DNA from: Candidatus Latescibacterota bacterium
Lineage (GTDB): Bacteria > Krumholzibacteriota > Krumholzibacteriia > WVZY01
DNA: 64,000 nucleotides
Direction: 5' to 3'
Assembly (NCBI GenBank): GCA_963791045.1
Contig: CAWBQK010000017.1
Coordinates: 204,078-268,077 of the forward strand
Positions within the stretch are counted from its first letter, which is position 1. Each line of letters begins with the position of its first letter. The position numbers and the translations under genes were made by a program. This document shows, one piece after another, positions 26,383-35,389 of the stretch. A model generated the notes under the pieces. The model searched no databases and was not told where the DNA came from. It saw only the letters and a program-made list of their open reading frames with translations.

Positions 26383-27938
26383 ACGAAAAGATTAATACCG
26401 CGTTGATGAGTGTCACCGACAAGAGCGGGCTGGTCGAACTTGCCGGCGCGCTGTCAAAGGCGGGGGTACGAATTCTGTCGTCATCGGGAACACAGCGTCA
26501 TCTCGCTGAAAACGGTTTCGAGGCCGTCGAGATCGCCGAATACACGGGAAGCGACGAGATTCTGGGCGGGCGTGTCAAAACACTCCATCCCAAGATTCAC
26601 GCGGGTATTCTGGCCGACCGGTCGAAACCTGAGCACGTCGCGCAATTGGCGGAGGGCGATGTTTGGCCCATCGATCTGGTGGTCGTCAATCTCTACCCGT
26701 TCAAGGAAAAATACAAGGGCGGCGGGCTCACGGAGCTCGAAATGTGCGAGTTTATCGACATTGGCGGCATCACGTTGATCCGAGCCGCGGCAAAGAACTT
26801 CCACCACGTCGCCGTTGTGACGAATCCGTCACAGTACGACACAGTGATCGCCGATATCGAGCGTGACGGCGTCGTGTCGCTCGAGACTCGAAGGAATCTC
26901 GCACGCGAGGCGTTTTCGTTGACGTGTTCCTACGACGCCGCGATCGATTCATTCTTCACGACGCTGGTGGAGGAGGACGATCTTCCGGAGCGGATCAACA
27001 TTTCTCTCGAAAAGGCGGGGACGCTGAGGTATGGCGAAAATCCCCACCAGAACGGTGCGCTGTATCGCTCCATCAATGAATCGCCGCTCACTGCGTTTGA
27101 CCAGCACCAGGGGAAGGCGCTGTCATTCAATAACTACCTCGATCTGTTCGGAGCCTTTTCCTTGTCGAGGGATATGGACGCGCGTAGCGTTACCATCGTA
27201 AAACACACCAATCCTTGTGGTGTCGCATGGTGTGGAAATGAACTCGAGTCGTTCAGAAGAGCGCTTGCGACGGATCGGGTGAGCGCATTCGGCGGGATCG
27301 TGGCGGTCAACGGTGTGGTTGAGGAAGAACTCGCCGAGGAACTCAAGCAGATGTTTCTTGAGGTCATAATTGCCAGGTCGTTTACGGAGGACGCACTTGG
27401 TGTTTTCAAGAAAAAGAAAAACCTTCGCGTGTTGACGATTCCCGAGCGATTCTGGGATAAGCCGAATACAGGCATGATGGGGGTTCTTCTGGAGAATGTG
27501 GGACTTGTGCAGAATGTCGACTCCGGGTTCCCGGAACTCGATGAGCTCAAAGTCGTGACAAAACGTCCCCCCAATGATGACGAACAGAGGGGATGCGCGA
27601 TGGCCTGGAAAGTGGCCAAGCACGTCAAGTCAAACGCGATCGTGATAGCGGACCACGAGGGTACCGTGGGGATCGGCGCGGGCCAGATGAGCCGCGTTGA
27701 TTCGTCACAAATCGCGACGCGCAAAGCCTTTGACGCCGGATTCACCCTTCTCGGAAAAATTGCGGCGTCCGACGCGTTCTTTCCTTTCGCCGATGGGGTT
27801 TCGACCCTCGCAAAGGCCGGTATAACGGCCGTTATTCAACCGGGCGGGTCGATTCGAGATCAAGAGGTTATCGACGCGGCCGATACGGGAAACGTCGCGA
27901 TGATGTTTACCGGACGGCGACACTTCCGACATGTTTAA
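26379..27938 (+). CDS. purH: bifunctional AICAR transformylase / IMP cyclohydrolase
   Basis: 519 aa. MGS-like N-domain (ALMSVTDKSGLVELA, GGRVKTLHPKIHAGIL). C-terminal AICARFT (VKHTNPCG, ASDAFFPF). GTG start overlaps purC stop by 4 nt. Confidence 0.95.
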   Translation: MNEKINTALMSVTDKSGLVELAGALSKAGVRILSSSGTQRHLAENGFEAVEIAEYTGSDEILGGRVKTLHPKIHAGILADRSKPEHVAQLAEGDVWPIDLVVVNLYPFKEKYKGGGLTELEMCEFIDIGGITLIRAAAKNFHHVAVVTNPSQYDTVIADIERDGVVSLETRRNLAREAFSLTCSYDAAIDSFFTTLVEEDDLPERINISLEKAGTLRYGENPHQNGALYRSINESPLTAFDQHQGKALSFNNYLDLFGAFSLSRDMDARSVTIVKHTNPCGVAWCGNELESFRRALATDRVSAFGGIVAVNGVVEEELAEELKQMFLEVIIARSFTEDALGVFKKKKNLRVLTIPERFWDKPNTGMMGVLLENVGLVQNVDSGFPELDELKVVTKRPPNDDEQRGCAMAWKVAKHVKSNAIVIADHEGTVGIGAGQMSRVDSSQIATRKAFDAGFTLLGKIAASDAFFPFADGVSTLAKAGITAVIQPGGSIRDQEVIDAADTGNVAMMFTGRRHFRHV

Positions 27939-27953
27939 CTGGGACGAGGATCA

Positions 27954-29492
27954 ATGGCGAAGAACGGAATAGTCATAATCGACTATGGTTCGCAGTATAC
28001 GCAGCTTATAGCCCGGCGCATCCGCTCGATGCAGGTTTATTCACAGATCCTCACACCCACTTCCGAGTGGGAAGAGGTTGCCGAGTCGAATCCGCGTGGA
28101 ATGATCCTTTCGGGAGGCCCCTCGAGCGTGTTTGGTGAGGACGCGCCGACACTTCCGGATTGGTTCGATAAGATCGAGGTGCCCGTTCTCGGTATCTGTT
28201 ACGGAATGCAGCTCATCGCACAGCGGATCGGCGCGTCGGTGGAGTCATCGCCGGTCGGTGAGTACGGCCATACAATGATCGAAATCGAAAAGGAAAACGG
28301 TCTTTTCGCCGGAATACCGCGGAGTTTTAAGGCGTGGATGAGTCACGGCGACAAAATACACAACCTGCCCGAGGGCATGGACGTTCTTGCTTCCTCAGGC
28401 GATTGTCCGATCGCCGCCTTCGCGAATCTTGACGCGGGGATGTTTGGGGTTCAGTTCCATCCCGAAGTGATCCACACCAGTCACGGCGATGACATCCTGG
28501 ACAATTTCCTGTTCAAAGTGTGCGCTTGCGAGAAAGAGTGGGAGCCCGGTCATATCATCGATGAGAAAATCCAGGACATTCGGGATTTGGTGGGCACCGG
28601 CCGCGTGATTTGCGGAGTGAGCGGCGGCGTGGACAGTTCGGTGGCAGCGTGTCTTATCGATCGGGCCATAGGCGACAAACTCGTGTGTGTGTTTGTCGAC
28701 AACGGGTTGCTCCGGCAGGATGAAGCGGCACGCGTGATCGAACTGCTCGACAAGCAACTCACCGCGCCACTCGTGTTCGTCGATGCAGCGGACCGCTTTC
28801 TTGCCCGGCTCGAAGGCGTCACCGATCCGGAGGAAAAGAGAATCCGCATCGGAAATTTGTTTATCGAGGTATTTGAGGAAGTCAGCCGCGAGCGGGGTCC
28901 CTTTGGTTTCCTCGGACAGGGAACCCTTTACCCCGATCGAATTGAGAGCATGTCGATGGTGGGGCCGTCCGCCACGATCAAGTCGCATCACAATGTGGGA
29001 GGGCTCCCGGAGAAGCTCAACTTCCAGCTCGTAGAACCGCTTTCGATGCTTTTCAAAGATGAAGTCCGCGAAATCGGCACCGCGCTCGGTGTGCCCACAG
29101 AACAACTTAAGCGACACCCGTTTCCTGGCCCGGGACTTGCAGTCCGCGTGCTCGGAGAGATCACTGCCGAAAAGCTACACATACTCCGTCAGGCGGACGA
29201 AATCTTTATCGAGGGTCTCAAGAGATGGAATCTGTATGACCAGGTATGGCAGGCCGGCGCGATTCTGCTCCCTGTGAGGAGCGTTGGTGTGATGGGAGAT
29301 GCGCGGACGTACGACTTTTCATGCGTGCTGCGCGCGGTCACCAGTACGGACGGAATGACGGCCGATTGGGCAAAACTGGATAACGCGTTCTTGCAGGAGA
29401 TCTCCAACCGTATTATTAATTCAGTGAACGGAATCAACCGCGTGGTCTATGACATCAGTTCAAAGCCCCCTAGCACTATCGAGTGGGAGTGA
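27954..29492 (+). CDS. guaA: GMP synthase (glutamine-hydrolysing)
   Basis: 512 aa. GATase (GICYGMQL, FGVQFHPEV), PP-loop SGGVDSSV, C-terminal dimerisation domain ending PPSTIEWE. Confidence 0.95.
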   Translation: MAKNGIVIIDYGSQYTQLIARRIRSMQVYSQILTPTSEWEEVAESNPRGMILSGGPSSVFGEDAPTLPDWFDKIEVPVLGICYGMQLIAQRIGASVESSPVGEYGHTMIEIEKENGLFAGIPRSFKAWMSHGDKIHNLPEGMDVLASSGDCPIAAFANLDAGMFGVQFHPEVIHTSHGDDILDNFLFKVCACEKEWEPGHIIDEKIQDIRDLVGTGRVICGVSGGVDSSVAACLIDRAIGDKLVCVFVDNGLLRQDEAARVIELLDKQLTAPLVFVDAADRFLARLEGVTDPEEKRIRIGNLFIEVFEEVSRERGPFGFLGQGTLYPDRIESMSMVGPSATIKSHHNVGGLPEKLNFQLVEPLSMLFKDEVREIGTALGVPTEQLKRHPFPGPGLAVRVLGEITAEKLHILRQADEIFIEGLKRWNLYDQVWQAGAILLPVRSVGVMGDARTYDFSCVLRAVTSTDGMTADWAKLDNAFLQEISNRIINSVNGINRVVYDISSKPPSTIEWE

Positions 29493-29578
29493 CGCTCGCT
29501 TCGGTCGGGGTGGAAAAGGTGTTCGCGCGGAAAACTGCATGTAACGGTTTTCAAACCCGATATCGCAGCCGTCAACCA

Positions 29579-31987
29579 ATGATGCGAACAACGCTCGCCG
29601 TTTTGTTATTTTTTTGCACCCTCGTTTACGGGGTGTCTGCACCCGTGGCGGATTCCGCCATCACACTTCTCGTCGACCGCCCCCCGCAGAGTCTTCGCAG
29701 CGAAACTATCGATCTCGACGATTACTGGAACTCGGCGCGGCTGCTCGCGCACTTTGGCGAAAACAACCGGGCCTATGAGATCCTCCGGCAAAGACCCGCG
29801 TCGGGGGCCATGGACCTCCAGGTCGAACGTTTCGAGTCGAGACTACTGACGGAGATCGGGCTATACCGCCGGGCAGACAGCTTGCTTGCCCTCCAAACGT
29901 TTGTCGACGACGAACGCACATATTTTCTGCATTATCTTAGAAGAGCGCGTATAAACGCCATGGCCGGAGAGTATGACAGGGCTCTCGAGTTTCTCGAGTT
30001 GATCGAGGGCGTTGACGTGGAGGCCTTTCAGCCGTACCGCGATCTGCTCGAAGTGGAGTGTCTCCTACAGATAGAGAACCCGCTCGCCGCCTGCGACGTG
30101 GCCGAAAAGCGGCTTGCGCACGGCGTCCCGCTGTCGCTCACGCCGGAATTCGAAGCGCTGTTGTTGGAAGCGTACCTGGGCGCGGACCGAAACGATGACG
30201 CGCTCGAACTCATCGAAATTCTCAAGGCAAAGACGTCAAAACGATCGACGCTGGCGCCGCTCGTGGCCCGCGAGGTCGATATCAGGTTTATGCTCGGCGA
30301 TACGCTGGCCGCCGTCGAAGCGGCCTACGAATTGACGCAATCGTCACCTACTCGCGGGGCGGGAATCGAGGCGTTCGAACGCCTGATCGCGCTTGTACCG
30401 CTGGATGATTTGTCCGATGAAATCCTGTTGGGGTTCAGCGAGTCGATGGTTCGCCGGAATCGTCTCGCCGCGGCGGATCCCCTGGTCGACGTTCTTGCTA
30501 AAAGGGAACTCGACGAAAACGGACGTGAACAGCGCCGCATGATCGTCGGCGAAATGTATTACAGGCAGAAACGCTACAGCAAGTCGTACGGGAAATTGGA
30601 AAAGCCGTTTGACGACGCCCCGCTGGAGAGCCGTGCGAAGCTGTACCGGGCGCGTATCTACCGGAAAACGGGACAACCGGTGCGGGCGGCGGACGCTTAC
30701 GAGATTTTTGCCCGGGCGTATCCGTACGAGGCGAAATCCGCGGAGGCTCTCTATGTAGCGTCCGACCTGAATCTCGGCGCGGGAAAACTGCAGAAATCAG
30801 CCGAACTTCTCAACCGAATTATTGAAACATACCCGAGCAACCGGTACTCGCGGCTCGCGACCCTGAAAATCGCCCAATATTACATCGATCGGGGCGAGTT
30901 GACGAAGGGGGCCGGGATACTAGAACAACTTCTTGAGAAAAAGGGCCGACGTGATGCCACCTTGCTTTACAATCTCGCCATCGTTTATGGAATGATGGGC
31001 GAACCCGAGAGGAAGGCTAAGGCCCTCTCGGAAATCGAGACGTTGAACCCCGTGTCGTTCTATCTCGAACCGGAAATCCCCGAATTTTTTGAGCAACCGA
31101 TGATGGCGAGCAACGGATCGGCGGCACTGCACGGACAGGGAGGTCTGCTCGAATTCCTCAAGATGGTGTACGAAAAAAGAACCCGGGCTTACGAGGCTGT
31201 TCGCGATGTGGTTGAACCTCTCGAGGACACCAGTTCAATCGACGCTTCACGGGTGTACCTCGAAAGGGGACGGGTATTTCTACAGATGGGATTTCGGGAT
31301 TGGGCGGAACGCGAACTCCGGATCGTCGAGTCGAAGAAAAAGCTGCCGGCCCGCGTGTACCTCGAGCTCGGCGTCTTGTACGATGATTTTGCGATGCCAT
31401 GGAGGAGCGTTCGATCCTTTCAACGTGTCTACTACACGTTTGATGATGAGAAGAGACGAGAGCTCTACGGTTACTTCAAATTGCTCACGCACCCCGTTCC
31501 GTTTCCGGGGGTCGTGTTTGAAAACTGTTCGCGGTATGGAATGGCGCCGCACCTGGTTTATGCGATGATGCGCCAGGAGAGCCGCTTCGATGACAAGGCC
31601 GTCTCGCGTGCGGGGGCGTTGGGTTTGATGCAGTTGATGCCGGCAACGGGAGAGCAGGTCGCCGACGAACTTGGATTTCCCGATGTTACACAGGCAAATC
31701 TGCTGTCCCCAAGTATAAATTTGACCTTTGGGATCTGGTACGCGTCTCATCTTCTCGAGCGCAGCAATGACAATCCTCAGATGATGCTCGCGTCGTACAA
31801 CGCCGGTTTCGGAAACGGAAAGAGATGGTTTGGCGGACGCCATTCAAAAGACCCGACCATCGATAAGGTCGAGAGTATCGACTATCGCGAAACCAGAACC
31901 TACGTCAAGAATATCGTCGAGTCGGCACGGATATACCATGCGTATTATTTTGATACTGACCGTGATATTCTCGGTCTTGTCCGCTAG
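29579..31987 (+). CDS. slt: soluble lytic transglycosylase (Slt70-like: long alpha-superhelical/TPR-like N-region + SLT domain)
   Basis: Start moved to MMRTTLAVLLFFCTLVYGVSAP (signal peptide). C-terminal catalytic block MRQESRFDDKAVSRAGALGLMQLMPATG...YNAGFGN. Confidence 0.85.
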   Translation: MMRTTLAVLLFFCTLVYGVSAPVADSAITLLVDRPPQSLRSETIDLDDYWNSARLLAHFGENNRAYEILRQRPASGAMDLQVERFESRLLTEIGLYRRADSLLALQTFVDDERTYFLHYLRRARINAMAGEYDRALEFLELIEGVDVEAFQPYRDLLEVECLLQIENPLAACDVAEKRLAHGVPLSLTPEFEALLLEAYLGADRNDDALELIEILKAKTSKRSTLAPLVAREVDIRFMLGDTLAAVEAAYELTQSSPTRGAGIEAFERLIALVPLDDLSDEILLGFSESMVRRNRLAAADPLVDVLAKRELDENGREQRRMIVGEMYYRQKRYSKSYGKLEKPFDDAPLESRAKLYRARIYRKTGQPVRAADAYEIFARAYPYEAKSAEALYVASDLNLGAGKLQKSAELLNRIIETYPSNRYSRLATLKIAQYYIDRGELTKGAGILEQLLEKKGRRDATLLYNLAIVYGMMGEPERKAKALSEIETLNPVSFYLEPEIPEFFEQPMMASNGSAALHGQGGLLEFLKMVYEKRTRAYEAVRDVVEPLEDTSSIDASRVYLERGRVFLQMGFRDWAERELRIVESKKKLPARVYLELGVLYDDFAMPWRSVRSFQRVYYTFDDEKRRELYGYFKLLTHPVPFPGVVFENCSRYGMAPHLVYAMMRQESRFDDKAVSRAGALGLMQLMPATGEQVADELGFPDVTQANLLSPSINLTFGIWYASHLLERSNDNPQMMLASYNAGFGNGKRWFGGRHSKDPTIDKVESIDYRETRTYVKNIVESARIYHAYYFDTDRDILGLVR

Positions 31988-33257
31988 TTCCCCCGCCCGA
32001 AGCAGCGATGACAACCCGAACCCCACCCTCGTATACCCCCCGTGGAAACATACGCTGGGCTTGCGCCGCGTGGGCCAAAGGCACCTCGATTTCTATTCGG
32101 GTTATCGAAAAACATTCAAGAATCCTCAGGGTCTGGCTGCGGTCAAACTCGACTTCAACGATGCCGAGGGGCCGGGCGACGACGAAGAGTTGACGATCTA
32201 CGGCGTGAACTCGGGCAGTGGGGAGATTTTCTATAACAAGTCGATGGTGAGCGCTGGATTTTTTGGCGCAATTGGTTCCGGCGACGCCCAGTTCAAGGAT
32301 GCCGTGGGGATCGGCGCCGACAGATCGGGGAACGTGGTGGTCGCGGATTCCGGCAATAGACGGGTGGTCGTTCTGCGAAATGTCGATAACCAGCTCGAAT
32401 GGGTGCGGTCTTTCGAGTTGTTGGGCCGAGGCATTCCTGTGGGGATCGCGCTCGAAGACTCGCTCGTGTACATAGCGGACGCGGAATCGAACCGGGTTTT
32501 TGTCGCGGATCTCTTTGGCCGCCATATTGGCGATTTGGGTAAGGGGATGCTCGTCAGACCATTTGGCGTCGCGGTGATATCGCGGACGGACTGGAACTAC
32601 TACGGCGCGAATTTTATTGTTGTCACGGATTCCGTCAAGCAGCGGCTCGTTCAAATGGGACCCCGGGGAGAGATTGTTGAAATTCGCCGATACAAGGACG
32701 TTTCGGATGGGAAGGGAGGTTTCAATTTTGCCGCTATTGATTATTACGGCAATGTGTACGTGACGGACACGGGGGCCGGTTGTATTTACAAATTCGATAG
32801 ACATCTCAACTACGTGACACGAGTCGGGTGTGCTACGGGCACAAAAGATGATCTCGTTGAGCCGAGGGGAATCACGATACACAGACGATTCGGACAGCTG
32901 TTCGTCGCCGAGAAAGAGGGCGCAAGTTATTTTTGGATCGGCACGGATGTAAAAAGACTTCGATGTACCGCGAGTGTCCGGGCTGGGACGGTCGCGCTCG
33001 ATATTGAATTTCACCTGACGGAAAACTCGGAAGTGACACTAACCCTCTCAAACGCCGATGGAGAGACGGTCCGCACACTGCTCAATGAGTATACGATGCG
33101 GGTGGGGAAACATCGGGACGCGCTGTCGATTCCCGAAGGCGATCTTCCGTGTCCGATTGCAAATTGCGTCTATTTTCTTGAAATCGAGGCCAGGGCGACG
33201 TACTCGTCAAGAAAGTACCACTCGGTAAAAAAATCCATACAAATTCGAGTCGAGTGA
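31938..33257 (+). CDS. secreted NHL-repeat beta-propeller protein
   Basis: Start at MRIILILTVIFSVLSASSPARS, 50 nt inside the slt 3' end. Repeated VVVADSGNRRVVV / VYIADAESNRVFV / VYVTDTGAGCIYKF / LFVAEKEG blades. C-terminal Ig-like sandwich. Confidence 0.8.
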   Translation: MRIILILTVIFSVLSASSPARSSDDNPNPTLVYPPWKHTLGLRRVGQRHLDFYSGYRKTFKNPQGLAAVKLDFNDAEGPGDDEELTIYGVNSGSGEIFYNKSMVSAGFFGAIGSGDAQFKDAVGIGADRSGNVVVADSGNRRVVVLRNVDNQLEWVRSFELLGRGIPVGIALEDSLVYIADAESNRVFVADLFGRHIGDLGKGMLVRPFGVAVISRTDWNYYGANFIVVTDSVKQRLVQMGPRGEIVEIRRYKDVSDGKGGFNFAAIDYYGNVYVTDTGAGCIYKFDRHLNYVTRVGCATGTKDDLVEPRGITIHRRFGQLFVAEKEGASYFWIGTDVKRLRCTASVRAGTVALDIEFHLTENSEVTLTLSNADGETVRTLLNEYTMRVGKHRDALSIPEGDLPCPIANCVYFLEIEARATYSSRKYHSVKKSIQIRVE

Positions 33258-33625
33258 TCCGTCGACGACCCCACTGCCCGCCGCTTGTCACCCGACAAAG
33301 ACCGACGCTTCCGCAATCCTTCGTGCTGCTCTCTGTATTCCACTGAAACCAATCGTGTTATGAGGTTGCGCGCTCTCGCGTGCCTCCATGAGTTTTGGGC
33401 TCGCTCGGGCTCGCTTGGCCTTGATTTTGCATGTAGGAGCATGATCCTGGTCTAAACTGGCAAAAATCTGCTCTCGAAACACGGGAGGGTGTCGGGTTTT
33501 TTTGTCACTTTCCGGTGGTTCGGTTCGGCGGCACGGCTGTTGCTGTGCGTTATGCGGGTGCAATAGGTTCGTCCGGCTCCAGGCCGATGGATAAAACTCT
33601 CACGCTTACGACGTAGGGGCGAATT

Positions 33626-34564
33626 ATGTTTCTCAAGCGATTCTTCAAGTTCATTCCGAAGAACGATTATTCCCGCGCGTTGGATCTTTTCAACGAGGGA
33701 CACTACAAGAAAGCTCTGAAAATTTTTGAAGATCTACGGGCGAGACAGTCGACGGAAGAGGAACTCGACCTGGCTACTGTCGAGCTGTTCGCCTGCGAGT
33801 CTCACGTCGCGTTGAGTAAACAGCGGCTGAACCACGGCAATCTTAAAGACGCCATTGTCGAGATGGAGAACGCCGTAGCCCTCAAGCCCGAGTTTGCCGA
33901 TCTCAGGTTCACGCTCGGCGGGCTTCTTGTGGATGCTTCGAGACTGGACGACGCACGGGAACATTTTGAGAACGCCCTCAGAATTAATCCTAAATTCTTC
34001 AAAGCAAACATCAGTCTGGCTCGCGTGTTGTTCACCATGGGCGAAGTCGAGAACTCCGCGCAGCTGATCCGGGACGCCATGGAAGACTGTCCCAAGTTCT
34101 ATCGCGACAACCTTGAACAGCTCGTGCAAATGCTTCGCACCGGGGAATCAGGCGACTCCTTGAACAATGCCTTCCGGGAAATCCTCGAAGATCGACCAAG
34201 CTCGACCCAGGTTCGCCGTGAAATCGCGATCGAGGCGATTCAGAACGGGGACTATGCGGAGGCCGTTCGAGAATTGAAGAAGTCCATTGCCGTTAATCCC
34301 GATTACCCCGACCTCCACAACTATCTGGGAATCGCTTACGGGAACAGCGGGATGGTTGATGATTCCATCGAAGAATTTGAGACAGCTCTCAAGATCAATC
34401 CGTATTATATGAAGGCCAGATTGAATCTCGGCCTTGCTCTCTACGACCAGGGGCGTTACGAGGAAGCACACAATCATATCGAACGGGTATTGAGTGTCCA
34501 GCCAGAGAACCAACTCGCGCAAAACTTGCTCGCCGAGTTAAGAGCGGTGTCGGAGAGAAAGTAG
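33626..34564 (+). CDS. TPR-repeat protein
   Basis: 312 aa. Repeated A..A..L.P....A...LG motifs (ALKPEFADLRFTLG, ALRINPKFFKANISLA, AVNPDYPDLHNYLG, ALKINPYYMKARLNLG, LSVQPENQLAQNLL). Confidence 0.85.
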   Translation: MFLKRFFKFIPKNDYSRALDLFNEGHYKKALKIFEDLRARQSTEEELDLATVELFACESHVALSKQRLNHGNLKDAIVEMENAVALKPEFADLRFTLGGLLVDASRLDDAREHFENALRINPKFFKANISLARVLFTMGEVENSAQLIRDAMEDCPKFYRDNLEQLVQMLRTGESGDSLNNAFREILEDRPSSTQVRREIAIEAIQNGDYAEAVRELKKSIAVNPDYPDLHNYLGIAYGNSGMVDDSIEEFETALKINPYYMKARLNLGLALYDQGRYEEAHNHIERVLSVQPENQLAQNLLAELRAVSERK

Positions 34565-34570
34565 AACCGA

Positions 34571-35287
34571 ATGGGTAAAAAAGAAGAATTTACCGATTTT
34601 TACGAGGTCCTCCGTGTCTGGCCGACGGCGTCCGATGATGCGATCAAGAAGGCGTACTTCAATCTCGCCAAGCTTTTTCATCCGGACGTAGCGGGGCGCA
34701 ACGGCGACAGCAATGGCGACAACGGTCGCGAGTCTGAAGACAGCGTCGATTTCAAAATGGTCAACGAGGCGTACGCCGTTCTCAGTGATCCGGTCAAGCG
34801 ACGTGAGTACGATGACGAGTTGAAAGTGTGTGGTTCGCGACAGAAGAGGTGGCACGCCAAGGAAGCCGACAAGCGCTCCGCACAACTCGCGTTCGATCAA
34901 GCGAGAACGGCGATGAGGCACAACCGGTATGACAAGGCGGTTGTTCTTCTCAAGAGCGCATTGAAATACGATTCGTCCAATGCCGCATACCACAGCTGGT
35001 ATGGTTTTTCCCTGGGCGCGCTCAACGCAAGACTCCATGAGGCCCGTGACGCTTGCAAGAAAGCGCTCGAAATGGAGTTCTACAACGCGGACTACCACGC
35101 CAATCTCGGTTATGTCTATTGGCAGGCCGGTTTGAAGAGCACGGCCCATGAGAGCTTCAACGAGGCGCTCAAGTGGGACCCTGAGCACACTTTGGCCCTC
35201 AAATACCTCAACGGAAACGGCAAAAAACAGAACGGCAATTTCGTAAAGGGCCTATTCTCCTTCATGCGCCGGGACGCGTCTCACTAG
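34571..35287 (+). CDS. J-domain (DnaJ-like) protein with C-terminal TPR repeats
   Basis: [32 protein letters not shown]...[15 protein letters not shown] = J domain with HPD. C-half contains TPR units ([44 protein letters not shown]). Starts 6 nt after the TPR gene. Confidence 0.85.
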   Translation: MGKKEEFTDFYEVLRVWPTASDDAIKKAYFNLAKLFHPDVAGRNGDSNGDNGRESEDSVDFKMVNEAYAVLSDPVKRREYDDELKVCGSRQKRWHAKEADKRSAQLAFDQARTAMRHNRYDKAVVLLKSALKYDSSNAAYHSWYGFSLGALNARLHEARDACKKALEMEFYNADYHANLGYVYWQAGLKSTAHESFNEALKWDPEHTLALKYLNGNGKKQNGNFVKGLFSFMRRDASH

Positions 35288-35335
35288 TCCAACTCACCTG
35301 ACCTGAAAATCCCTATGGTTTGGGCAAAACTGCGG

Positions 35336-35364
35336 TTGACACCTGGCGTGTGTCTACCTAGAAT
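35336..35364 (+). promoter_or_regulatory. candidate sigma-70-type promoter (TTGACA, 17 nt, TAGAAT)
   Basis: Near-consensus hexamers 26 nt upstream of ATG 35390. This argues against the longer ORF-track start at 35315. Confidence 0.5.
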
Positions 35365-35389
35365 CTCTTTGTATCAAGGCCCAAAACAT

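Noticed and set aside
32482-32494. 13-nt identity (CGGAATCGAACCG) between the NHL gene and the tRNA-Leu T-arm region, considered as a possible att/integration scar
   Set aside because: It lies in frame inside a conserved NHL blade (ADAESNRVFV). It has no flanking repeat partner or integrase context and is short enough to be chance.
33397-33415. Short tandem duplication GGGCTCGCT-CGGGCTCGCT in the 368-bp gap before the TPR gene, and a weak hairpin plus T7 run at 33478-33503 (possible small RNA)
   Set aside because: There are only two imperfect 9-nt copies. The hairpin stem is just 4 bp (ACAC/GTGT). No promoter of convincing quality was seen. Too weak to call a feature.
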